Below, one piece after another: positions 36,301 to 48,492 of a stretch of 64,000 bases of DNA (positions are counted from its first letter, which is position 1; each line of letters starts with the position of its first letter). The translations under genes were made by a program, and so were the position numbers. The stretch comes from Podarcis gaigeae (taxonomy: Eukaryota), in assembly GCA_964106915.2 (NCBI GenBank), contig OZ066926.1. The stretch is one strand, 5' to 3'. Below the pieces are notes generated by a model. That model made no database searches, was not told the DNA's origin, and saw nothing but the letters and a program-made list of their open reading frames with translations.

Positions 36301-39300
36301 GTGGTGTGAATCTGTTAAGTCTGAATTCAGATCCAAAGTGGATTGAATTTCTCCCTTACCCCTAGGCAGATCCCTCTTTATTTAATTATTCTCTCTTTTC
36401 CTGACAATATGGGATAACAGAGAGGGCACGAGTGGCTGACAGGGTGGGGGTGAGGGCAACCAACCTTCCTTCAGCAGAAGTTTCTAGTATTTTCCAACTC
36501 TATGTTAACATGGAACCTGAAGGACCCTGAACCCCACAATCACTCAGCTTCATCAAAACCATAGAGTTGGAAAATACTAGAACTGCCCCAATCTTCCAAG
36601 CAGGAAAGTGGGTCTACCTGCTTTTCATTGTAGCCCAACAACTGTAGGAAATAGGGGTGCTCTGTTGGTGGTTGTATGAGGCACTGGGAGAGCTGCTCCA
36701 AGTTGGCCACATCCATGGCCTCTGCTTCAGATGCTGGAGGAGCCGATGTGCCCTCGGCCCCCTCCGATGCCTTCAGTCGTGACTCCTCAGCCGCTTCCTG
36801 TGGTTCCCCAACCGCCATGCTCAGCACTCCTTTGCGGTCCCTGCGGCGTTTTGTGCTGAGATTCATCTCGCTGATGCTGCGACGGAGGGAAAGGTTGTCC
36901 GCCCTCTCTTTGGGGGCCACATGGCCTCCTGAGGCGGCCCGAGAGCGGCGAGATTGCTGCCGACGGGCCTGGGAGATACCTACAAGAGGCAGGGAGAGAA
37001 GGCAGACAGAAAAATCTAATCTATGTGAACAGTCATGCAAAATAAAAGCAATACCTTTACCTAACCTATATTTTTTGAAAATTCTCCCAAGTTGGGGGCC
37101 CATGGAAGGGAAGGAGTACTGGGAAATATCCAAGCAGTTTGGGGGGGAAATAATTTTGTCACACTTCCCCTTTGATATCTTTGTATACAAGGGGTTGGAA
37201 TTCTGTCTCCCATTCAATTAGTTAAGGACTAATCACCATATTGTGGCAAAAGAAATTCCACATGCTAATTAAGCACTTGACAATGAAGTTGATTAGCCTC
37301 TTTGCAGCAGCAAAGCTTTTTGATCTCTTCCTGACAAATCATAAGTTCTAGAAACCTAACTGGATGGTAAATGAAATGAATGAAAGCCAAGCTTCTAAAA
37401 GACTTGAAAACAGCATGAAACCCTAGAGCAGAATTGAGACCTAGGACCCAGAAGAGCATCTATTGACAGTTCCCTGGAAGCCTCACCCACTGCCAACAAC
37501 ACCACACATACCACACATACCAGACCCATCGCCATCTTCGCCTTCTGCCATCCTCTCCACATCACATCGTCGGCGGATCTCAAATCGGCGTGTGCAGCCG
37601 GTCTTGGGTTTCCACACATCCTGCAGCACGAGCGGGCGTTCAGAATCACCTACTGCACGGAGATACTGGGCCTGCCAGGAGCCATCTGTGCTGTGAACGT
37701 TGCCGACCACATCACATAAGACATACGCATCTTCGGCATTGGCCTGCGCCACGCCGTAGCGCTCAAGCGCTTCCTGCACCAGCTGCCGGGCAGTGGAGCG
37801 CGCTGTGGCCAGCACACTCTTGTAGTTGGCACCTGTGGAGATGTCGCCTCCGTAGATTTTCAGGATCCCTGGCACTTCTCCCTGCGAGGGGGGCTCAACT
37901 CGATCTTCGGGCAGTGGATCAATGAGATCGGCCAGTTTCTTCTCACTGGCCCAGCGACCTCTTCCTCCGCTGGTGGGCACGCCAGTCCCACCCCGCTGGA
38001 AGAGCGCTGAAATCCTCTTGTGTCGACTGGCCTTATTCTTGGTGGCCGGGCGCATCTCCACAGGCTCACTTCCACGGCTGGCTGTATCCGAGGATGTCGA
38101 TCTGTGAGGAGGATAGTAAAGGTAAAGGGACCCCTGACCATTAGGTCCAGTCGTGATCAACTCTAGGGTTGTGGCACTCATCTCGCTTTATTGGCTGAGG
38201 GAGCCGGCGTACAGCTTCCGGGTCATAGGCCAGGATGACTAAGCCACTTCTGGCGAACCAGAGCAGCGCACGGAAACGCCGTTTACCTTCCCGCCAGAGT
38301 GGTACCTATTTATCTACTTGCACTTTGACATGCTTTCGAACTGCTAGGTTGGCAGGAGCAGGGACTGAGCAACGGGAGCTCACCCCGTCACAGGGATTCG
38401 AACCACCGACCTTCTGATCGGCAAGTCCTAGGCTCTGTGGTTTAACCCACAGCGCCACCCGGATCCCTTTGTGAGGAGGATAGACAGACTCAAAGAGACA
38501 GCAAGGGTGGCACCACAATGACAGGATGATGCAGCAGCCAAGCTGCTTGGTTCAGATCTACCGTAACAAACGTGCTCTGCCTCAAAGCTTGTTGGGTAAG
38601 TCATAAGAATATAAGCCAATGGGCCAAAGTCCAGCATCCTGTTCTCACAGTAGCCACCCAGACACCTATGAGAAACCCCGAAGCAGGCCCCAAGTACAAG
38701 AGCATTCTCCCCTCCACCTCCTTGGTTTCCAGCAAAGCCATCTCTCTCCTTAAACAAGTCACCATCTCTCTGGCACATAGTCAGAAATTTTATGGACAGG
38801 CAGCCTTGGAGGATGGCAGGAAAGTTTCACAGGGATAAGGTGAGTTAAATTATGATGTAACCTGCTCAGGTAGAATCATAAATAGTGATGGGCCCAAATG
38901 CCCTCCCCAACTGTGTCACTGCAAGGCCAGGAGGGAACATTTCAGTAATTTGGCAAAAAGGAGCCAAGTATAGGACAAACATACTAGAGACTTAGTACTC
39001 CAGGTTGCTGGTACATGCCTCCCCCCCCCCCCATATATTCACCAGCTTCATGATGACATCATGTGTTAGTTGTCACCATGAAGCCAATCAAGAGTGAGGG
39101 CAATTCTTCGTGCCCTCACTCTAGAGTTTGGTGGGTTAAAGAAAAATGGTGCCCACCAGCAGCTGAAATTCCTGGAAGTGTGATCACTGCTGCTGCCAGG
39201 ATCAGGAAATGACTGGTGCCAAAACAAAGGTGAAGGGGGACAGTTTAGCAATACTTAGGGTTGCCATATTTCAAAAAGTTAAATTTCTGACACCCGTAAA

Positions 39301-40471
39301 CTTGTTGAGCTTTTGTTGAAACCCACCAAAATTGATTTTAAGCTTTTTGAGCTAATTCCACTCCTGCCATATATACGATTCGGCAAAATTCCCCCGACAG
39401 CACTTTTACACCTGAAAACCAGGGCATGTCAGGAATTTTCCTGACGTAAGGCAAGCCTAGCAATACTTTTCTTCACTTCTGAGTAAAAAAGTTATGAGAT
39501 GTTCTTGTTCAGCTCTGATTGCAAATTAGTTTTTGTCCGTTTTGCTCATTTTATCCCAAGCCCCGGAGAATGTTCGTTCATTGTAGTCCCCATTTCAATA
39601 GCACAGATCACACATTTGTGTTCTGCTGTGTGCATTGCCTACTAAAATATTCCATACTATTTCTGGATGGATTAACTTTGAATTAATTCCCCACCCCCTG
39701 TAACGTAGCCCTGGCACCCCACCCCATAGTGGTGGTTCAGAGCACATGATGCTTCCCTGAATGCTGCATAACCAGGCAAAGGCTACAGTGCATGTACACC
39801 GCTTAGTTTGAGGTGAGAGCCAGTGGTAGCATGGAATGCACAGCTGCTCATTGCCAATTACTGCTAGGGATTGTAATTATGCAAATAGATGTGAGAACCG
39901 GAATGGTGTGATGTCAGAAAGGCACGGAAGTCCACGTACACAGACCACCCTGCTATAGTTTCCTTCTCTGTTATTCCGGAGAGGTGATTTCTCATGGATG
40001 GACCAATCCCAGGGCTGTGAATCTTCTTAACAGTTGCACTATTTCATGGTGCCTCTTTTGCCTGAATGAGTAGGTGTTTTACGCAGACCGACAAGCAACA
40101 GAACGGCCTATGTACTAACAGTGAACTCATTCTCTGAGTACCTATTCATATGTAGCCAAAATGGCACCATTCGTGTTGGAGGAGGAGGCATCAGCAGGCT
40201 TGTGGAATCTTTAAGGTTTGCAAAAATACAAAGAAATCTTAATTGAATAAACCCTAAAGGAAGGGGGACAGGGGCAGGGGAGCAAAACAACAAGGTCCGT
40301 TATCAGTCTAGCTGGGCCCCACAAGGCAGTCACTTACTTGACAGACCCCACACTAGGCCACCTGCGTCCCAGCTTGGCAAAATGTTTCTTTGGGGAGTTG
40401 ATCCAAAGGCCAACAGGAAAGTGAAGCTTCCCAAAGCGGGGGCTCCCGTCTTTCCGCTCATCCGAGAACAT
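27148..40471 (-). CDS. RASIP1: Ras-interacting protein 1 (RA, FHA-like and dilute domains), complete, 11 coding exons, 931 aa
   Basis: Exons 40471-40338, 38101-37521, 36979-36618, 35034-34387, 33866-33829, 32261-32110, 31314-31199, 31092-30852, 29932-29757, 28342-28195 and 27347-27148 join in frame (2796 nt). N-terminus MFSDERKDGSPRFGKLHFPVGLWINSP is characteristic of RASIP1. Confidence 0.96.
28195..28342 (-). CDS. RASIP1: RASIP1 exon
   Basis: TSWSRLRNDYPALTPAQLQHVLTNYQLGPGR. Confidence 0.93.
29757..29932 (-). CDS. RASIP1: RASIP1 exon
   Basis: FQWAKAVQIRTNLDLVLDWLQGVGLGDIATEFFRKLS. Confidence 0.94.
30852..31092 (-). CDS. RASIP1: RASIP1 exon
   Basis: TLYSALPALLDSNPF...LVSQTFGYLFFFSNASLFNTLMER. 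Confidence 0.94.
31199..31314 (-). CDS. RASIP1: RASIP1 exon
   Basis: DLETCDEAMAVLDEVIMSTFQQSVYYLTK. Confidence 0.94.
32110..32261 (-). CDS. RASIP1: RASIP1 exon (dilute domain)
   Basis: VAADLRPLMLWMANAMELLSLVQ. Confidence 0.93.
33829..33866 (-). CDS. RASIP1: RASIP1 38-nt exon
   Basis: EKIKEIGDRQPE; required to connect phases; GTAAGT donor. Confidence 0.9.
34387..35034 (-). CDS. RASIP1: RASIP1 exon (FHA-like region)
   Basis: EFVIHVMTRRRHIFGR...YVDTFLSAPDILPRHC...LGMGQHFLFMYKDPR...VKEAVW. Confidence 0.95.
36618..36979 (-). CDS. RASIP1: RASIP1 exon
   Basis: GISQARRQQSRRSRAASGG...NLSLRRSISE...LSQCLIQPPTEHPYFLQLLGY. Confidence 0.93.
37521..38101 (-). CDS. RASIP1: RASIP1 exon (Ras-association domain)
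   Basis: PGILKIYGGDISTGANYKSVLATARSTARQLVQEALERYG...WKPKTGCTRRFEIR. Confidence 0.95.
38117..38469 (-). mobile_element. Sauria (Squam1) SINE at a RASIP1 splice acceptor
   Basis: Full length; TSD TGTGAGGAGGATAG at 38103-38116 and 38470-38483. Confidence 0.94.
39256..39459. mobile_element. hAT-type MITE
   Basis: TAGGGTTGCC...GGCAAGCCTA with 8-bp TSD GCAATACT. Confidence 0.85.
40338..40471 (-). CDS. RASIP1: RASIP1 first coding exon
   Basis: MFSDERKDGSPRFGKLHFPVGLWINSPKKHFAKLGRRWPSVGSVK; GTAAGT donor. Confidence 0.95.
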
Positions 40472-43076
40472 GGTCACAGGGACCTAGAGCCTTTGACAGG
40501 TGAATATGCGGGGGGGGGGGGGAGAGAGAGAAAGGCATAAAATAAGCAGACCCGTGCATCCTGTCCATCTACAACATTTGTTACAAGAAACATCTGAACA
40601 TTTCAGCTTTAATTGATTGCATTTTCTTAAAATACACACTCAGACAACCCCAAACAGCATGCTTCTTCTAGGCTTTATTTCCAATGCTCTGAATCTGGGG
40701 GAGAGGAAAACAAAATTTCTATGCACCACCACTGAGCCAAAGGAGAAGATGACAGCATGGCCCACCAGAGATCTGCAATATGGAATTTCAACTGGCCAGA
40801 GCAGATCACGTGATAAGGTCCAACACCTATAAAAGCTTCCAGTCAGGTTGGTTCTTTGGTTTGAGCAACAAGCTTGGTGGTGTCCTGGGCCACAGACTTC
40901 CTCTTTCTCTACCTTTCTCTTACCTGGCCACACCAAGCCTTGTTTTGACTTGCTCTCTGGATATCATCAAGGCCTGCCAGGCCATATTGTAGAATCCTAG
41001 AATTGTAGAGTTGGAAGGGACAACAAGGGTCATCTAGTCCAACCCCCTGCAATGCAGGAATGTCTTGCACAAACCCCAAACCCTGGAATTAAAAGTCTCA
41101 TGCTCTACCAACTGAACTATTTTTGAGGAGAGAGAGTCTAAGGGGACAGGGAATAGATTTAGAGCAGCCAAAATTTAAACACGGTTAACCTAAAATTATG
41201 TAAGTGTGGAATCTGACCCCTGGCCAACGGAACCTTGGGGCCAGGGGTTTGGAAGGGGGGGGGCGGACTGCCCCTGGTGCCCTCACTGAGGAGGGTGACA
41301 TTCGGCACGCCACCTACCCACAATTCCCAAGCCTACTGCAAGCCATCAGGGTAAGGAGGGAGCTGCGCCGCTTTGCCAGCAGCATTCCCCAATTCCCCCT
41401 TCGTTTTGACAGCTTGAGGGTGGCTTGGGAGTCGCGGGTGGCGCACCGAATTTCTGCCATGGGCGGCTCGCTCCCCCCCTCCGGCTGCAAGGCACATGCA
41501 CTGCTCTGGGCACCCGAGCGGCTATCCCACGCCTGGGAGGGCACCCTCCGTGCCGCGCCCCCCCCCCCCCGGGCAGCGCAGGCATATGCTCCACCGCTGC
41601 TTGGGGCCACTGCCACATTAACAACCCTGTAGTTCATGTCAGCTGAGGCAGAAGGTGGGGAGGACCTTGCTTCCCAAGGAAGGCAGAGAGCTTTAAAAGC
41701 TATTTTTGCATTGAGTTTTCCCAGTGTAAGAAGAGGTTTTAAGATTTCCACCTTGCTTGCATTTAATTTGTGGGATTTCAGCTAGTGGCCTTCAACTGTA
41801 TATGCTTGAAATCGTGCAAGTTAAATGCACTTAAGATGCAATCATACTGTATAATTTTCTTTTCTTTTAATGTTATGCTTTTGATTGGCTCTTTTCTCAA
41901 AGCACTATAAGATGCTGTTAATATAACATACAGAAGAAGCAAACTAATGAATAAAATCCATATACTGTATATAAGTATGTGTAGATTTGCACAGACACAG
42001 CTCAGCCCTGATGCCTGAGAAACCTTTCCCCTCCCTGTGGCTTTATTTTTTTTTTGTCCTTGCACTCCTCTTTCATGCCAGGCACTCTCCTTGCCTAAAC
42101 CCTATAGAGAGATCTAGATTAATTTCCCAGAGAACACACACTACTCACTTTGCTTCATGGGGAGAGCTGCCTGGTGGAGTTCAAACCCAGATCAAAGTGG
42201 CAGCAGAGGCACCAGGCCTGTACTTCCACCCTGACCATGAGGGGTGAGTCAGAGGCCCTGAATCAAACAGTTACGTCAACAGGAAAAGCAGAAAAAATGA
42301 GTTGAGGGGTTAGGATAGCTTGAAGCCACACCTCACAAAGGTACCCCCTGAGCTACTGGGTTGTTAGGAGATGGGACACAATGAAGGAAAGCAATAAACA
42401 CATCAACCCATAGCCCATTCCCACCCTACCTCCTGCTTCTCCATCATAATCAGTAGGTTCCTCTCCAAAATACTGAGTATTAATTAATTCTGACTTCTTT
42501 TCATCTCCCCATAAGAAAACCCGTGAGTTCTGGCTCTCATCACCTCTAACTATAACCAAGGACAACACAAACCCTTCTTTGGTGCCTGAGGGAGAAAACC
42601 TAAATGGTGCTCCTCCTCCTCCACTCCCACCCCATCTATCCAACAAATAATCCAACATCTGCTGCTACATCTAAATCTCCCCTCCAATCAGAATGCTTCA
42701 CCCTGCCTAACGTTAGGGCCGGAGCGGACTGTAAACTTGCACATCTCGCAGAGAAGGGAAGCATCTTAAGTTCTGTGTCCTTTCTCCACACTATCAGGAG
42801 CTTTCTAGAGGCAGAAAGAAAGAGGAGGCAGGAAGGCCTGAACACTTTATAATCTGAAATAGAATCTATCAAGGAATCTAACAAGAAGCAAGGAGCCAGG
42901 AGTCCTGGGTTCCCTGAGAGGAAGTTTTGGGCATAAGAAGGCCAAAGACAGATCTCTTTGGGTTCTCTTTGCATGAGATTCAGTGGGCAGAGGAGGAAAT
43001 GGGTTCAGCACACATTTCCCCACCTGTTTACTGTCCCTCCCCAGTTTTGAATTCTGTAGCTTTGCTGCATGTTTAC

Positions 43077-43440
43077 CTGTTCCACAAGGTGTCCCCAGGT
43101 GCTGCAGTCTCCCACTGTCACCCACTCTCACGCATCCAGCAGGCCAGGCTGCATCTTCCACTGGGGTATGGTGGCCACTCTCAGCTCTGGCGTTCCTGAG
43201 TGTGCTGTGTGTGACTTAAGTCCAGCGATGACTGCGCACGGATTTCCCGTGCCTCTGGTCATTCACACACAGGAGGTGGGGCAGGAAAGAGAGGTGGGGG
43301 GGCAGGAAACTGACTGGGAAGCTGGGCCTCTCCCAAGAACCGGGGAGGGCGCAGGAGCAGGGAGTGGGGCAGACAGGCTAATAAGACATCTGAACTAGCA
43401 GGAGCAGGAAGCCCCAGGCAGTTAAACAGAGGTGGGGAGG
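43077..43440 (-). promoter_or_regulatory. Putative RASIP1 non-coding first exon and promoter
   Basis: CAG|GTAAAC donor at 43077/43076; CAGGAA ETS cores at 43282, 43303 and 43405; GC-rich. The first coding exon has an acceptor at 40483, so an upstream exon is needed. Confidence 0.45.
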
Positions 43441-45278
43441 GGATAGATTTAGAAAATCAGAAGTTGGGGTGTGTGTTTTTGGACATTTGATGGCTTTGCT
43501 GTCATCAAACAATGAGGCCTACAGGCAGAATCATTTGGCCTTGAGGGAAGCTATGTGAAAAGCCTGCATAGTCTTGGCTCCTCAGAGCTGGTTGTATTCC
43601 TCCACTACCATGTGCAGGATTCAGCTTTGTGGCATGCTGCTACGGTTGCCAACATTTTAACCAGCCACTGTAGTTGTGCCTATGCTATGAAGATATGTGC
43701 AGATTGGCAAGATTCTCAAAGGGATTTACAAAAACTGTAAAACTGAATGCAATAAATGCAATAGTAAAGATCAAAATAGGGTAGATACCTTGGGGAACAG
43801 CCTTAGGGACAGCCTAGTGAAGCCTTCCCTAACCTTCTGCCTTCCAGATGTTTTGAACTACCACTCCCATGATGGCTAGTGTGTATAGGAGGAGTTGGGA
43901 AGGCCCTCCATACGTTGTTGGACTCAGATTTCCATCAGGCCCAGCCAACATGGCCAAAGAACAGGTATTATAGGAGTCATAGAAATCAGAGCCATATGCT
44001 CCACTTAGATCCCCACCATTCAGGAAAAGCAAAAGCAATTGCAATTGCAATTGCAAGCTAAGGAAAAACAGTGTGTTGTCTGCACTCAGTCTGTATGCAT
44101 GCTATCATAGGCGTGTGAATGTTGTGGGCAGTATTCTTGGCTCAGATATGGCATATGGGTGGGAGAATTTGGCACAGTATTTGGCAGGGGCCAGGGCATG
44201 AGTGCTGCCAACCCTCTGGACGCTGCACGTGCATAAATATATTTCCCACACCTGTTTCCTTAGTCATTATTCTGGGCGGAGATTTGCTTCCCCTTTGCCA
44301 CACTCCCCTTCATATGCACTTTCGCCCACCCGATTTGGCTGTTTTACAGGGTGTGTGTAGCTTTCCCCCCCGACCCCAATCATTTTTTTCAGCTGGGACC
44401 TGGGGTGTGTGCTTGCACAGTACATGAGCCTACATTTCCCCTACACCCTTTTCCCTGGTCCTGTAGGCTTGGGTGTGGGCAAGGGAGTGGGTGTTTTTGA
44501 CCTGACTTCACACCTTTCATTTGTTTCCAGTGTATGTTGGGTGTGCCTTTCGTATGTGCTCACAGGACCTTGGCTTCGGGCAAATTGCTGATCTAGGTAA
44601 TCTTAGAGTCACTCTGAGCTCCATGATATTGTGATTCTTCAAGCCTCTTGTGTCCCACATGGTCAGATGACAAGAAGTACTGACCAGTTTTCTTATATTC
44701 TTCTTCTTAAAAGACACAGCAGGGGGTGGGGGGGTGGAATTCAGACCATTAATCCTAATACTTTCTTACTAGATCTGCTCCCCACCCACCAAATTAAAAG
44801 CACCTCCATCTCTCTGAAGCTGTTGTTTGACCTGTTAGGGAAAACTTACCTGTACAGATTTGAATGAAAATTAAATGTACCAATTTTCTGTGGCTTTTAT
44901 GTTCAGAGTTCACAGAGGGAGATGATTGCAGAAATGCTCAACAGTTTCAAAAGCCACCTCAGGATAATGGAAAAGGTCTAAACAATATTGGATTGAGATA
45001 AATCAAACATTCATGCGTAAGAATGAGGGAGGGGGTGAAATAAAGGAAAGAAAATGACCTGAACACTGTCATTTATAGGAACAAATTTATTGAGAATGAT
45101 TATTCCCTCAGCTTGTTTTGAATGAACATTTTATGTTGTTTTCCCCTTCTTTAAACCTACCAACATAACCTTAACTCAGTGTCACACCTGCTGAGGTAAC
45201 TAACAAATTGACCAAGTTATTTCAGATGGTCTGGAAGAACATCTGCTGTGGGTCCATAAGGCAAGGGGAGGTTGAAGT

Positions 45279-45332
45279 TTATATCCTACCAGCAAAGGTT
45301 CCCTGTGCACGCTCACCATCCCAGCGTTGTAT
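45279..45332 (-). CDS. COX6B2: COX6B coding exon 3
   Basis: [20 protein letters not shown]; AATAAA at 45091-45086. Confidence 0.9.
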   Translation of the reverse strand: MQRWDGERAQGTFAGRI

Positions 45333-48300
45333 CTGAAGGGAGGGAAATAGAAAGGAGGTTGCGGAAGCTTAGTCAACAGCCCCAGGCATTGTGGTACTTA
45401 GGGCAAAATAAATCAAGTTATATCTTTCCACAGTAATGAATAATATCATTAATGTTATCATCTACGTAATTCACAATTTTCAGTTCTCAAACAGTATTCC
45501 AAAATCTCCCACCTGAGGGAGAAATATTGTGATCAAGAGCCTGTATACTTTGCTGTATTTTTAAAGTTTTAATTCTAGAATAATCTGATTAGGCCAGGGA
45601 TTGGAAACTCCAGGTGTTGTTAGGGTGACAACTCCCATTATACCATTCCGACCATTGGCCATGTTGGAGCTAGCAGGAGTTGTGGTCCAGCAAAAGCTGG
45701 AGAGCCACAGGTTCCCCATCTGTGGCTAAGCAATCCAAATTCTATGCTGAGAAAACTGGATTTTGTGACCTGTATAAATTATGCAAATTTAGAAAATGTT
45801 TTGTATATCTTATTCTGCACTTGATACTGTATTTTTCAAAATTCTGGTTTTGCTAGTCCTGAAGAGCCTAGTGGCCTGGAATCTTGGGCCTGGTCTATGC
45901 AGCAGACTAAGATAGCAAAATGATCCTGAGGCAGAACAACAACACTTCAGACACTAGGTGTGGGATACCATTCTTGTGTGAAAGTCCTCATAAGAAAATA
46001 AAATAAAACATTCAAGGCATATAAAAAGCTACCAGATCAGCTATCTGCTGTGTTATTTTTCTTCTTACTGGAAGTTGTTTTTTAATGCAGAGTAGCAGTC
46101 TGAGGGGGACGCAGGTGGCGCTGTGGGTTAAAGCCTCAGCGCCTAGGACTTGCCGATCGAAAGGTCGGCGGTTCGAATCCCTGCGGCGGGGTGCGCTCCC
46201 GCTGCTCGGTCCCAGCGCCTGCCAACCTAGCAGTTCGAAAGCACCTCCGGGTGCAAGTAGATAAATAGGGACCGCTTACCAGCGGGAAGGTAAATGGCGT
46301 TTCCGTGTGCGGCTCCGGCTCGCCAGAGCAGCGATGTCACGCTGGCCACGTGACCCGGAAGTGTCTCCAGACAGCGCTGGCCCCTGGCCTCTTAAGTGAG
46401 ATGGGCGCACAACCCCAGAGTCTGTCAAGACTGGCCCGTACGGGCAGGGGTACCTTTACCTTTACCTTTAGCAGTCTGAAGTGACTTTAAATATAGTGTA
46501 CATACATATATTTCTGCTGTTCAGCCAGTATATCTTGCTATGTATCTGATTTTGCCCCAAAGATCCTCTGTGATAAAGGATTTTGCATAAAGATACTAAA
46601 AATTTTCCAAAATGCAGGCCATGACTTGAGTCTTGGCAAAAAAATTATCATTTGCTACGTTTGCATCAAGCTGCCCCTTTTTAAAGGGGTGAAATTTTTA
46701 ATCAGGCAAGTTGTCATCCCTCTCCCCAAGGCCAAAATTTGGTTCAAGGTACAAAATAAGCCCCATTTCATTCCCAAAACGTTAAAGGGCATTTTTAAGC
46801 AAAAACAAAAGGAAACCATATCTGTTGTTTCAACTTCATGTTGGTTACAACTTCATTGACATTGTCGAAAAGAAAGAGTGCAGCTGACTTGATGCTTTTT
46901 TACTTACCCAGGAAACAGGACACAGGGATTTAAAGACCCTGTGGTACCATTCACACACCTTGATGTCCTTGCCGTTGGCTCTTACGGTCTTCACACAGCG
47001 GTAATAATCTGCAAGGAAGGAAAAAGAAGCAACATGTCAACTTCTAAAGTGTCACCACTCCTGTTTCTGCACTGGTGGACATTTAATGTCTGCTTAACTT
47101 CCGTATCATCTGTAGCTTTGTACCAGCAAGCAGGAGTCACCCTCTCTCTAATGATTAAAAGTTCCTCTAGCCAATAAGATATCTCAGTCTGAACCTACCA
47201 ACAGGACACACTGAAGCAGAAGAGCACATGGCTCCTCTTGGCTTTGGCTCCAGGGACATTAACAGTACAACCCTATGCATGTCTAGACAGAATAAGTAAG
47301 CCCTATTGAGCTCAATGGGAGTGTGAAAGATCTAGTGGAGGGGGCTTTTGCTTACTGGCAAACCCACCCATCCTTTCACTAGGGTGAAATCCCAAACTCT
47401 CCAGGAGGTGCTGGTGAGCTACAGCGGAATATAGAGTTTCATTTAAAAGTCAGAGTGTTACTTCCAGATGGGGAGAATTTTGACTTTTTGGTTTATGTAT
47501 CAGAACGTATTTAAAGCAGCATTAGGTTGAAAAAAAGGATCCTCCTGATACCCAAGACAGTTTCTTTTTTTGCCATTTTCACAGGCATTTCCCCCAGCTG
47601 CCTTGTTATCTGAGCAAGAGAGTCAAAACTTTCTTAGCAACGAGTCTTTATTACTTCTGTGTATAGTACACCACACAACTAAAGCTATACTATATGAATA
47701 ACAACAACAATACATAAAGCTGTAGAGCAGGGGTCAGCAAACCTTTTCAGCAAGGGGCTGGTCCACTGTCCCTCAGACCTTGGGGGGGGATCAGACTATA
47801 TGGGGGGGGGTGAACAAATTTCTATGCCCCACAAATAACCCAGATATGCATTTTAAATAAAAGCACACATTCTACTTATGTAAAAACACCAGACAGGCCC
47901 CACAAATAACACAGAGATGCATTTTAAATAAAAGGGCACATTCTACTCATGTAAAAACACGCTGATTCCTGGACCGTCCGCAGGTTGGATTAAGAAGGCG
48001 ATTGGGCCAGATCCGGACCCTGGGCCTTAGGTTGCCTACCCATGCTGTAGAGGTTAGGAAGGGCATATAAACATATATACGATGAAAAGCCGGGCAAATA
48101 AAATATATCTTATCAGCCTGCCCCTCCCGAATATCTCAAAAGTGGTTCAATACCATGCATGAAAAATCTTGTCCAGTGCAGCCATATCCCTCTCTTTTAC
48201 CCACCTAGGTAGTTCTGGTAGCAGTTCTTGGTCTGGTTGGTGTTTGGAAAGCGTGGGTCAAATGGAGCCGTGAGATAGTCACCCTGTTTTTTCTTCAGTC

Positions 48301-48346
48301 GGTTGATCTCTTCTGCTGATGGTGCAGCAGCTGAAAAGGTCTGCAT
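45279..48346 (-). CDS. COX6B2: Cytochrome c oxidase subunit 6B (probably COX6B2), 3 coding exons, 98 aa
   Basis: Exons 48346-48205, 47008-46908 and 45332-45279 give [98 protein letters not shown], with CX9C/CX10C. COX6B family is clear; B2 is assigned from adjacency to a GARIN gene. Confidence 0.88.
46104..46468 (+). mobile_element. Sauria (Squam1) SINE in COX6B intron
   Basis: (ACCTTT)3 tail; TSD TAGCAGTCTGA at 46093-46103 and 46469-46479. Confidence 0.93.
46908..47008 (-). CDS. COX6B2: COX6B coding exon 2
   Basis: 101 nt, DYYRCVK...[17 protein letters not shown]; GTAAGT donor. Confidence 0.92.
47728..48044. mobile_element. hAT-type MITE
   Basis: CAGGGGTCAGCAAAC...GTTGCCTACCCATG, 8-bp TSD CTGTAGAG. 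Confidence 0.88.
48205..48346 (-). CDS. COX6B2: COX6B coding exon 1
   Basis: [22 protein letters not shown]; acceptor 2 nt upstream of ATG, GTGGGT donor. Confidence 0.9.
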
Positions 48347-48492
48347 TTCTGAGAGGGGGGAAGATGAGAGACTCAAGTAACCTGCAACACTGCCCGTTGT
48401 CAGAGCAGACAGCCACCCCAGCTCTCAGCTACATCCTAGAGAACTTAAGAGTCAGAAATAGCTTTTAATTCCCAGTTCCTTTGCTCTAACAG

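Noticed and set aside
38102-38181. N-terminal extension MSATTLELITTGPNGQGSLYLY of the 232-aa ORF
   Set aside because: This is SINE sequence upstream of the true acceptor; the same peptide appears in the SINE at 7.3 kb
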